From IMG/VR virus record IMGVR_UViG_3300042569_001792: a stretch of 64,000 nucleotides of DNA, one strand, 5' to 3'. Position 1 is the first letter of the stretch. Every line of letters starts with the position of its first letter. Positions 39,973 through 48,949 of the stretch are shown here, piece by piece. Source of the stretch: an uncultured virus (IMG/VR IMGVR_UViG_3300042569_001792) (lineage: Duplodnaviria > Heunggongvirae > Uroviricota > Caudoviricetes). Position numbers and translations under genes: made by a program. The notes under the pieces were generated by a model that did not search any database, was not told where the DNA came from, and saw nothing but the letters and a program-made list of their open reading frames with translations.

Positions 39973-40674
39973 ATGAATAATATAGTTTTGTATGGAGATA
40001 CTCACGGATATCTCAAAAGAATGATAGATAAAATCCACAGAAATCATGAAAATAGTTATATTATTCATGTTGGGGATTTCGGGGCTTATAATGAGAGCCG
40101 GATTGAAAAAGATTATTTAAGACACCTTCAAATAGCTTTAGCTGAGAAAAATTGCGTCTTGTATGTAATAAGAGGTAATCATGATAATCCTAGTAGATTT
40201 TTGAAATTCCACCATCCATACGATTTTCCTAACATATATTTTGTTCCAGATTATTCAGAATTAAATCTACTAGGAAAGAAAATTCTATTAGTTGGTGGTG
40301 GTATTAGCATTGATCGACATAGACGAACAGAAGGTGAAGATTACTGGAAAGACGAGAAGTTTAAATTCGATCCTAATTATGAGTATATAGATTATGATCT
40401 AGTTGTAACTCATTCAAGGCCGAGTAGTTGCAATTGTAAAAAAGGTTTTAAAGATATCCAGCATTATATAGACGAGGATACGGATTTATTCGCTGAATTA
40501 ATTGAAGAAGGTGAAGAGATTGATAAACTTTATCAAAAAACCAAGAGTCCCGACTGGACCTTTGGGCACCTCCATGTCAGCTATACCGAAAAAGTGGAAA
40601 ATACTAATTTTAGGTGCCTTAATATTGACGAAGATTACCTCTATTATTCAAACAAACCAATGTTCCAAACATGA
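39973..40674 (+). CDS. Metallophosphoesterase
   Basis: GDTHG, GDFG, RGNHD, THS, GHLH motifs. Confidence 0.88.
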   Translation: MNNIVLYGDTHGYLKRMIDKIHRNHENSYIIHVGDFGAYNESRIEKDYLRHLQIALAEKNCVLYVIRGNHDNPSRFLKFHHPYDFPNIYFVPDYSELNLLGKKILLVGGGISIDRHRRTEGEDYWKDEKFKFDPNYEYIDYDLVVTHSRPSSCNCKKGFKDIQHYIDEDTDLFAELIEEGEEIDKLYQKTKSPDWTFGHLHVSYTEKVENTNFRCLNIDEDYLYYSNKPMFQT

Positions 40675-40779
40675 GTGAAGAAATTAAAGGAGCAGAAAAT
40701 TATAAATCCTTAACCGAGATAGATAATCTTCGTTTGGATTATTACAAAAAGAATCCAGAATTAATAGTTCACTTAGATA
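40671..40779 (+). pseudogene. Orphaned 5' fragment homologous to the start of gene 42055
   Basis: YKSLTEIDNLRLDYYKKNPELI matches YQSLIEINNLRLEYYKKNPELI; then runs into the antisense of tnpB. Confidence 0.75.
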
Positions 40780-41980
40780 TTGAAAAATATTCTAAATGTT
40801 TTTTCCTGCTTCGCGGACCAACGCAATCGTCAGACTCCACAGGCTCAAAGGGCGAACTCAACCCCGATAATCTAATTCCTTCTTTTAGGATATTTTGTGC
40901 AGCATTTAAATCTCTCGAATGTTTAGCCCCACATGATATACAACCCCACTCACGATCTTTTAATTCAAGATTTTCATTTTTCACTCCACATTTTCCACAT
41001 AATTTACTAGATGGGAAAAATCGGTCAATCTGAATTAAATCTCTACCAAGCCAATTAGCCTTGTAGGATAGAATCTGTTTGAATTGATAAATTGAAAGTT
41101 CTTGAATAGAGCGAGCTAGGTTATGGTTTCTCATCATTCCTTTAACATTTAAATCTTCAATTACAACAAGTTGATTTTCCTTGAGAATTGAATTGACTAC
41201 AGAATGAAGATAAAAATTTTTGATATTTGTTAATTTTTCATGAAATCTGGCTAGTTTGATTCTAGCTTTATGAAAGTTTTTACTGTCTTTGACCTTCTTT
41301 GATAAATTCCTTTGTAATTTTGCAAGTTTTTTAGAATGAGAGCGGATTAGTTTCAGATTTTCATATTCTTTACCATTAGAGTCAATTATAAAAGATTTTA
41401 TTCCAATATCCAAACCCACTTTATTCTCATTTTTAGGTAGTTTTTCCGATTCTGGTAGGTCGATCAATACTGAAAATTCATATTTTCCTGATTTTGTTTT
41501 AGTTAAAGTTCCAGAAAGAATCTTATCTTGAAATTTATTTAGTAGTTTTTCATCTCTAATAGAACATTTGAAGTGAATATCTTTAAGTGGTTTTATAATA
41601 TTTATTCTATTCCCACGAATCGAGGAAATTGCATCAACTGGAAATCTACAACTTTGCTTGCTATCTCTTTTAGATTTAAATTTAGGAAATCCAGCTCCAT
41701 TACGAAAAAAAGATTTATATGCAACTTCTAAATTTATTAAAGTTTGTTGAAGAACCTTAGAATGAACATCTTTTAACCATTTAGTTTCTTCCTGATTTTT
41801 TAGATGAGTTAAAAATTTACCACACTCTCCTAAAGAAGTTGATTTACTCTCTTCTTGATATCTTTTAATCTTAAAGGCTAAACAAGCGTTATAGGCAAAA
41901 CGACAAGATCCAAGAAGTTGAGAGATATAATTTTCCTGATTCTCTGAGGGATAGAGTCGTATTTTAATTGCTTTAATCAT
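40769..41980 (-). mobile_element. tnpB: TnpB RNA-guided endonuclease (IS200/IS605/IS1341-type), no tnpA nearby
   Basis: KAIKIRLYP HTH, GFPKFK, RuvC GLDIG / VIEDL / RDLNAA, Zn finger CGKC..CISC. Confidence 0.95.
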
Positions 41981-42054
41981 CTAGTATGTATTTACATACA
42001 AAATATAGATTAGTGAAATTTATTTCAATATCTTACAATTATTTTCAATAAATT

Positions 42055-42489
42055 ATGAATTCAATTAACAATACTAAAGAATACCAGTCACTGATTGAGA
42101 TAAATAATCTTCGCCTAGAATATTATAAGAAAAATCCAGAACTGATATTAGATTCAACCGATTGGCGTTCGGTTGCTGTATGTGCTTTTTGTTATCATGA
42201 AATTCCATTAGATCATCTTTCATTGAGAAGTTCTTTTAGAGATCCTAGATATCAAAATCATAAAGATTGTTACATCCCTAAATGCCCAGGATGTAATTAC
42301 TCTCCAACAGATAGCACTTATTTAAAATGTGGAACAACTGTTTATAGTAAAATTCCTTATTTAGTGATAAGATCCCGGTCACATATCATAGAAAAGAATA
42401 TAAAGAAGAATTTCTTTGGTAAAGTTGTAGAAACGTCAATAAAGAAAATTGACGAAATAGAGATACTAGAAGATCACTCAAAGATATGA
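42055..42489 (+). CDS. Hypothetical Zn-finger-like protein
   Basis: CAFC and CPGC motifs. Confidence 0.65.
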   Translation: MNSINNTKEYQSLIEINNLRLEYYKKNPELILDSTDWRSVAVCAFCYHEIPLDHLSLRSSFRDPRYQNHKDCYIPKCPGCNYSPTDSTYLKCGTTVYSKIPYLVIRSRSHIIEKNIKKNFFGKVVETSIKKIDEIEILEDHSKI

Positions 42490-43121
42490 AATATAGAAAA
42501 TATCCTAGGACATTTCATTTTCCATTTTCAGAAGGAGTTTCTAGTGACGATAAAATTCAAGATAATCTAAGTCTCTTAAAAGATGATATAGTTATTAGCC
42601 TTAAACTTGACGGTGAGAACACGAATTTGTACAATGACTATATTCACGCCCGCAGTTTAGACAGTCGAAATCATCCATCAAGAGATTGGGTGAAAAAATT
42701 CCACGCAGAAATTAAACATAATATTCCCGAGAATTTTAGAATCTGCGGCGAAAATCTATATGCGAAGCATAGTATTTATTATGATAATCTGCCGAGCTAT
42801 TTTCTAGTATTTTCAATATGGGATGGCGATACTTGTTTAAGCTGGGACGACACTATCGAATATAGTAAATTACTTAACTTAAAATTAGTTCCAGTTATTT
42901 TCAATGGAAAATTTGAAGGTTCCGTAGAAGATTTCCAAAGATTTTTAAAAGAATCTCTTGACACAGAGGGGAATGAGGGGTATGTTGTGCGGAGGAGAGA
43001 TAGCTTCTCTATAAACGAGTTCCCAACCAGTGTTATTAAATATGTTCGTAAAAATCACGTTCAAACAGATAATCACTGGATGAGCCAGAAAATAATCCCA
43101 AATAAATTAAAAAATGTATAA
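42486..43121 (+). CDS. RNA ligase family protein (Rnl2-like)
   Basis: KYPRTFH, KLDGEN, GE, EGYVVR, KYVR motifs. Confidence 0.88.
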   Translation: MKYRKYPRTFHFPFSEGVSSDDKIQDNLSLLKDDIVISLKLDGENTNLYNDYIHARSLDSRNHPSRDWVKKFHAEIKHNIPENFRICGENLYAKHSIYYDNLPSYFLVFSIWDGDTCLSWDDTIEYSKLLNLKLVPVIFNGKFEGSVEDFQRFLKESLDTEGNEGYVVRRRDSFSINEFPTSVIKYVRKNHVQTDNHWMSQKIIPNKLKNV

Positions 43122-43800
43122 ATTTATTATAGATACAAATTCTTATGCTGGCAACTTTGAGAGAGAAATGTGCGCTTATCTTATCGGCGAGACTAGTCAA
43201 TGTGAAAATAAAAGATCTGTTAGTTGGGAATTAACTAAAGCCTTTAAAAAGGAAAATATTGATAATTTATCTTTTGATAATGTTTGTTCTGTTATTTCTG
43301 ATGAAGATGGATCATGTCCTAGACCTTATAGTATAGAAATTACCCCAGGGTGGTTTAATGATGGAATGGATAATTGTTATAAGGAAAATAATTACTGCGA
43401 AAAAGATGCTTTGAAAAAATATTATGAAACAGTAAAAGATTATAAAATAGAGCTTATTTCACAAGTAGAGCAGATAAAAACTCGCCTAGAAAACGGAGAG
43501 GAAGTGTCCGTCTGGACAGTAGATTACTGCAACCGAGATATATTGAATTATAAAAAAGAAATAGAACAGGCAAGAAATCTAAAAAAGATAAAAAAATTCC
43601 CAGCTTACTATAGCGTTGCGATCTTTTTTAAAACTAAGCCAAGCCAAGTTCAAATAGACTTAATGAAAGCTAGGGCGATTAAATTCAAGGAAAACTTAAA
43701 AATACTTGGAGAGTATCAGGCAGACCGTATGAAAGGTTTTGAAATTTTAGGTTTTCGCTTGATTAAAGAGGAGATAGTAAAAACAGAAATAGAAGTTTAA
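43114..43800 (+). CDS. Hypothetical phage protein
   Basis: Long ORF in array. Confidence 0.6.
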   Translation: MYKFIIDTNSYAGNFEREMCAYLIGETSQCENKRSVSWELTKAFKKENIDNLSFDNVCSVISDEDGSCPRPYSIEITPGWFNDGMDNCYKENNYCEKDALKKYYETVKDYKIELISQVEQIKTRLENGEEVSVWTVDYCNRDILNYKKEIEQARNLKKIKKFPAYYSVAIFFKTKPSQVQIDLMKARAIKFKENLKILGEYQADRMKGFEILGFRLIKEEIVKTEIEV

Positions 43801-43928
43801 TTCATTGTTATTTTTATTCTTTTTTCACTTTATCTTAAACAATTTAAATAACCTTACTATAAGCAATTTATACGATTTAGTAGTCGTGACATTGATAATA
43901 ACAACCATATTGATAGTAACAACATTTC

Positions 43929-44399
43929 ATGGAGACAATTGAAGAACAGAAGTTATCAGATTCGGACGCCTCTAATATAGAGCATATAAATGATGTAAGA
44001 AGATTGTTGACTGTTTGTATTATGGAGATACATAAAAGATCAACCGATCACGACGCTTCTAAATTGCAAAGTCCAGAGCGAGAAGTATTCGGGAGATACT
44101 ATTCTGAGTTGATTCAAACAGAATATGGAACGCCTGAATATGAAGCATTATTAAGTAAGGTGCAGCCAGCAATAGATCATCATTACGCCCATAATAGACA
44201 TCATCCGCAATTTCATAAAAATGGTGTTAATGATATGGATCTAATAGACATTCTTGAAATGTTAATAGATTGGATAGCATCATCAGGCAGAACTAAAAAT
44301 GGAAATATTCGCAAATCGTTAGAAGTGAACAAAGATAGATATAAAATCTCAGATCAGTTGATGACTATATTGGAAAACACAGTTAAACATTATTTTTAA
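43929..44399 (+). CDS. HD-like (DUF5662-type) protein
   Basis: HI..V, HDASK, HHYAHNRHHP, EMLIDW motifs. Confidence 0.75.
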   Translation: METIEEQKLSDSDASNIEHINDVRRLLTVCIMEIHKRSTDHDASKLQSPEREVFGRYYSELIQTEYGTPEYEALLSKVQPAIDHHYAHNRHHPQFHKNGVNDMDLIDILEMLIDWIASSGRTKNGNIRKSLEVNKDRYKISDQLMTILENTVKHYF

Positions 44400-44400
44400 T

Positions 44401-44628
44401 ATGGATTTAGAAGAAATTTGGAAAAAATATGCCGAAGAACGTGGAATACTAGGTAGATACGACAAAGACTACCTAAATACTTTAAGGTCAGTTTTTATGG
44501 CCGGTGCCCGCGAAGCCATAGAAGAAACTAAAACAATTTTTGTTGACAATTTCGGATCTTGTGCTACCTTCTCAGAAGACACAGCTAAGAAAAAGCTAAA
44601 GGATTACAAAATCATCCCAATGTTATAA
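44401..44628 (+). CDS. Hypothetical protein
   Basis: ORF in array. Confidence 0.5.
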   Translation: MDLEEIWKKYAEERGILGRYDKDYLNTLRSVFMAGAREAIEETKTIFVDNFGSCATFSEDTAKKKLKDYKIIPML

Positions 44629-44629
44629 T

Positions 44630-45037
44630 ATGAAAATGCTAAAAGCGAAAGATATAAAACACTTCTCAACAACTGAGTTGTTTTCAGTTTCGGCTCTATT
44701 GATGCAGCCACGGATAGATACAAAAAAGAATTTTCTTGAAACCTTTGATGGTTCCCTAGTTTCTGAGAATCAGTATAAAAAAATAAAAGAAATAAATACA
44801 GGCGATACATTATCTGTAGATGTATTTCAAAAAGGTGGGGCCGTTAGAGTATCTGCTTATCTCGATAAATTTAATAGATTCGTAAATATATCAAGTAATA
44901 ATGTTCGCGGAAGGGTTCTTGATTTTGTAAATGGAAAGGTCATAGTTCAGATAAGCTCAATTGGTCAAGCGGGCCTTCATGTACCCGCGATATTTGAAAG
45001 AATCTATTGTCCCATAAACTCAATAACTAAAATTTAA
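44630..45037 (+). CDS. Hypothetical protein
   Basis: ORF in array. Confidence 0.55.
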   Translation: MKMLKAKDIKHFSTTELFSVSALLMQPRIDTKKNFLETFDGSLVSENQYKKIKEINTGDTLSVDVFQKGGAVRVSAYLDKFNRFVNISSNNVRGRVLDFVNGKVIVQISSIGQAGLHVPAIFERIYCPINSITKI

Positions 45038-45038
45038 T

Positions 45039-45476
45039 ATGTTAAAATCATTAACAGATTCTTTAGAATTAAAAAAAGAAATAGAATCTTTAGATTCAGT
45101 TTCGTTATTGAAGTTAAATAAAGAATTGGGAATTCCTAACAGATTGCGAACTAAATATAACTCACAAACTTTAACAAAAGCATGTACGCATCTTGAAGAA
45201 GATAGAAAAGTAATAAAAGACTTTTTAGATAAAAAAAAATCCGACAGTGTTATCACAAAAGAGGTTCTTTTAAACAGCTTTTTTCAAACATTCTTAACAC
45301 CTATAACAAATGTTCCAAAACATATCTCCGTTTATGGGAAAGTAATGTATAAGCAAAATATTAAGTATGAAAAAAATGTATTTTACAATATAAAGATTAC
45401 TAGAGTTGAAGGAGATTATACGGTAGTTAAGCCGGGAGAAAGAGTTTTCGCAGGACCAAAGCACATAACATTATGA
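45039..45476 (+). CDS. Hypothetical protein
   Basis: ORF in array. Confidence 0.55.
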   Translation: MLKSLTDSLELKKEIESLDSVSLLKLNKELGIPNRLRTKYNSQTLTKACTHLEEDRKVIKDFLDKKKSDSVITKEVLLNSFFQTFLTPITNVPKHISVYGKVMYKQNIKYEKNVFYNIKITRVEGDYTVVKPGERVFAGPKHITL

Positions 45477-46051
45477 CAGTTGATAAAACAGTAAATTATT
45501 TTGTAGAACAGAAAAAAGAACTTTTTACCGAGTTGAAGAAATTATCAACAGTAGATTTATCTAAATTATGGTTTAAAATACATAAAGAAAAATTATTGGA
45601 AAAGAGACAGTATCTATTAAATTATTTAATTGAATCTCCAAGGATAAGTAAGGGTTGTTTAAAGGAGTTTCAACCAAAGATAGATCCAGATACTAAAAGT
45701 CTCAAAGTTGGTAATATTTATTTTATAAAAATGACCACTAACGAAGGTTTTGCTAAGATTAGGAAGATTGATGGGAATTATTCAGAGGTTGAATGGCTTA
45801 CAGAATTCATAGCTGAGAAAAAGATGATAGAATATGCCGTTCCGAATGGATGTATTTATGATTTAAACAGCACGCTTTTAAATAAAGTTATTAGCTTCAG
45901 AACTAGCTATGCTCCATTTGAAATAAAGAATCAAATAGTAGTCGGCATTAGAGATAAAACACTTGTAGTAGTAAGGGATGGTGATTTAGGTATGATAAGA
46001 GATGTGAATATAAGTAAAGTATTAACAATTTCAAAAAATAATGCTACATAA
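45473..46051 (+). CDS. Hypothetical protein
   Basis: ORF in array. Confidence 0.55.
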   Translation: MTVDKTVNYFVEQKKELFTELKKLSTVDLSKLWFKIHKEKLLEKRQYLLNYLIESPRISKGCLKEFQPKIDPDTKSLKVGNIYFIKMTTNEGFAKIRKIDGNYSEVEWLTEFIAEKKMIEYAVPNGCIYDLNSTLLNKVISFRTSYAPFEIKNQIVVGIRDKTLVVVRDGDLGMIRDVNISKVLTISKNNAT

Positions 46052-46138
46052 AATGGTAAAATTATTCAAAACATTGTTAGGTAAATTGTATAAAAAACAA
46101 ACAATAAACAGTTCTGATTACAAAGAGGAGGATGACAC

Positions 46139-46423
46139 ATGGAGACAATAGAATCGTTAAGGAAAAAAGGGGTAAAAGTAAGGGTATCTCATTATAGGAG
46201 GCCAGTTCTAACAATTGGATCAGCAACCGTAAAACCAGATATCTTTTTGTTAGAGTCTGAAATAAGACGATTAGGATTAAATTTCAATCCATCTGGAGGG
46301 TACACGGAACTCTTAATAACAGAAGATGGCATAGATTATACTCTTAGATCGAGATGTAAAAATACCGATTCTTATAATAAAAAAATTGGAGTTCAATTAG
46401 CATTGGATAAAATAAATCTTTAA
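46139..46423 (+). CDS. Hypothetical phage protein
   Basis: GG.T and C...DSYNKKIG..LA motif, similar to ORF 57287. Confidence 0.6.
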   Translation: METIESLRKKGVKVRVSHYRRPVLTIGSATVKPDIFLLESEIRRLGLNFNPSGGYTELLITEDGIDYTLRSRCKNTDSYNKKIGVQLALDKINL

Positions 46424-46503
46424 AAATACATAGTGGGTTGATGAGGGAGGGGAATGATAATACTATTAATTGTATTAGGCTTTTTATTTGGTTGGAGGAG
46501 TGA

Positions 46504-46704
46504 ATGAATAAAATAAAAGTATCAAGTAAGAAAGTATTGATAAAAATACTTATAGAAAATGGTTACGAGCATGTTGGAGGAACTAAACATGAAAAGTGGA
46601 CAAATGGAGTTATTTCAGTTTATGTCCCTAGACATGAAAAGAATTTCTCAAGAATGTGCGCGGAAAGAATATTGAAAACAGCAAAAATTGACTTGCAGGA
46701 TTAG
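46504..46704 (+). CDS. HicA-family toxin-like protein
   Basis: 66 aa; L.ENGY, GGTKH, VPRH, ILK.A pattern. Confidence 0.75.
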   Translation: MNKIKVSSKKVLIKILIENGYEHVGGTKHEKWTNGVISVYVPRHEKNFSRMCAERILKTAKIDLQD

Positions 46705-46720
46705 AAATCCATGCTATATT
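46693..46720 (+). promoter_or_regulatory. Sigma70-type promoter
   Basis: TTGCAG-16-TATATT with extended TG. Confidence 0.5.
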
Positions 46721-46746
46721 GAAACATAAACCTACAATAAAATGAC

Positions 46747-47985
46747 ATGACAATTTGGATTGAAAAATATAATAGAGAATTGGAGAATCATATCAACGAT
46801 ATAATTGAAGATTTGTCAGAAGATTCTGAGTTCAATAAACAGACTAGACTCGTCAGATATTATAGTGGTGTATATCCAGAATTCTTTAAAGACTATAAGG
46901 TGTGCAGTTACTTTAACTGTCTAATGCCAAAGGAAAAACTACAGGCATATTTCTCTGATTGGGGTTCATTTCAACTCAATCAACCTACATACGTTTGTAA
47001 AAAAATAGCTCACAGAGTTATATTTTTTGACGATATAAATAAACAGTATTTTCATAACAACAATTCAGTTGTTCTTGAATTAGAAGAGAACGGAAAAAGG
47101 ACTAAATATTTAACCCATTATAACTATGCTAAAGATTTAAAGGATAAGCAAGAATTATTTTATGATAAAATGAAGAGTAAATACACAAACTATGAATTTG
47201 ATTACCCCGCATTCTCTAACACTTACAAAGGTTCTCCTCGGTTCTGGAAACTTCCAGAAAAACAAGAGGTTTACGGAATCGAACTTGAACTAAGATTTAA
47301 GAGTTATCCGCACAAACTTGATTTCGCGCAATCTATCAAAAATAGTATGCGCCCATGGATATGTGAAAAAGACGGATCATTAGACGACGGTAGCCCAGAA
47401 GGGCCTAGCTTAGAATTAATTGGCCCCCCTTTATCGTTAGATGAATTAAAAGAGTCTGTAGATAATATAGGGGAACTTTTAACAGAGCATAAAGCGTCGA
47501 AACCGAACAATACATACGCGCTCCATATTACAACAAATATTAACAATGCCAAGAATCCTATTTTAGCCGGAGCAAGATTTATGGCAATAATAAATGATGA
47601 AAAGTATAGGGATTTCTGGACTAAAGCCGCCGGAAGGCCAGACTCTTATAATCCAAATACAGGTAAGAGTTACGCACAATGGCTAAAGGTTGGTAAAAAC
47701 ATTCAGGATTTAATGAGTCCTTCCTTTTGGAACCCAAGATGGGCGCAAAAGCCTATAGATCATTATTACGCCACATTCCTTCGTAAAGGCGGGACAAGTA
47801 TTGAGACTCGTATATTTAAATCTTCAATAACTCCGTCTTTAATCAAGAATAGAATTTCCCTTATAGCTTACTTATGGAGATTTGCAAAATCAAATGAAAG
47901 TATGGACAACTGGATAGACTATATATCTTGTCAGAATAAGTTTCTAACCTCTTATTTGAAAAAAAATCAAATGATTCCTGCTTGA
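46747..47985 (+). CDS. Putative amidoligase (COOH-NH2 ligase, GS/GCS-like fold), copy 1
   Basis: YGIELEL, EKDGSL, LELIGPP, LHIT, IETRIF motifs. Confidence 0.82.
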   Translation: MTIWIEKYNRELENHINDIIEDLSEDSEFNKQTRLVRYYSGVYPEFFKDYKVCSYFNCLMPKEKLQAYFSDWGSFQLNQPTYVCKKIAHRVIFFDDINKQYFHNNNSVVLELEENGKRTKYLTHYNYAKDLKDKQELFYDKMKSKYTNYEFDYPAFSNTYKGSPRFWKLPEKQEVYGIELELRFKSYPHKLDFAQSIKNSMRPWICEKDGSLDDGSPEGPSLELIGPPLSLDELKESVDNIGELLTEHKASKPNNTYALHITTNINNAKNPILAGARFMAIINDEKYRDFWTKAAGRPDSYNPNTGKSYAQWLKVGKNIQDLMSPSFWNPRWAQKPIDHYYATFLRKGGTSIETRIFKSSITPSLIKNRISLIAYLWRFAKSNESMDNWIDYISCQNKFLTSYLKKNQMIPA

Positions 47986-48009
47986 CTTTCTGAGAATCCA
48001 TGGTAGAGT
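47982..48009 (+). promoter_or_regulatory. Sigma70-type promoter
   Basis: TTGACT-16-TAGAGT with extended TG. Confidence 0.55.
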
Positions 48010-48040
48010 AACATTAACAACAACAAGACTTCAAAATAAA

Positions 48041-48928
48041 ATGTGTGTAATCGTACTTAAAGAAGAAAACGGTAAATTAAATTCCTCTATTTTTGACCAA
48101 TGCTGGGCAAGAAATGGAGACGGTGGTGGATATGTAGCTATCCATAACGGCAAGGTTATAATGGAGAAGGGTATTATGAATAAGGACGAGTTCCTTAAAA
48201 AAGTAAAACCATTCTTCAACAAAGGCTCTCAACTTATTCTACATTTTAGAATCCAGAGTCGAGGCGGAGTTTCAGTTAATTTAACTCACCCATTTGACTG
48301 CTCTCAGGAAGGTTCTAAAACTAAACGGTATCTATTCCATAACGGAACGGTTAAAGCTATATCTGCACTAAGCGTAGGTGAATCAGATACATCTACCTTA
48401 GCTAATTGGTTAAAAGTTTTAAGCGACGAAGATTGTAAAAAAATGCTTGAAAACTTAGTGAGTAAGGGGCATGGTAGATTCGTGTTTGTTGTGGGAACAA
48501 AGATATATCATTGGGGCGACGAAGAGAGTGTGGAGAAAAAGAAAGTTTGGTATTCAAATACTAGACATGAATTGTTTAATCCAGCGAAAGATAAGCGACC
48601 CACAATGGGAGATGGGTGTGAAGGGGATTTCTTTGGATTAGGTGGATTTCGTGGTGGTCATCATAACGATTATGATGATATGTATCATCGTCACACTCAA
48701 CAATATTCTAGTTTAACTGAATTAGAAGAAGCTAAGAAAATTATCATAAACGATATTCTAAAAATAGAGAGCATCAATACTGGTATTATTCCATCTGAAT
48801 ACGATGAATGGAAAGAAGAGATAATTAAAGATTACGAACTATTAAAACTCACAACAGAAACACTAAAATCAATTAAAAATTCCACTTCAAAAACCCCATT
48901 GATAGATTACTTCCTAGCCACACCTTAA
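48041..48928 (+). CDS. Class II (Ntn) glutamine amidotransferase
   Basis: Cys2 nucleophile, NGDGGG, HFR..SRG, HPF, HNGT, SDT motifs. Confidence 0.9.
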   Translation: MCVIVLKEENGKLNSSIFDQCWARNGDGGGYVAIHNGKVIMEKGIMNKDEFLKKVKPFFNKGSQLILHFRIQSRGGVSVNLTHPFDCSQEGSKTKRYLFHNGTVKAISALSVGESDTSTLANWLKVLSDEDCKKMLENLVSKGHGRFVFVVGTKIYHWGDEESVEKKKVWYSNTRHELFNPAKDKRPTMGDGCEGDFFGLGGFRGGHHNDYDDMYHRHTQQYSSLTELEEAKKIIINDILKIESINTGIIPSEYDEWKEEIIKDYELLKLTTETLKSIKNSTSKTPLIDYFLATP

Positions 48929-48949
48929 TACTAACAAATAAAAAACAAA

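Noticed and set aside
40780..41033. C-terminal part of the 120-aa ORF at 40671
   Set aside because: It is the antisense read of the tnpB 3' end, not a plausible protein continuation
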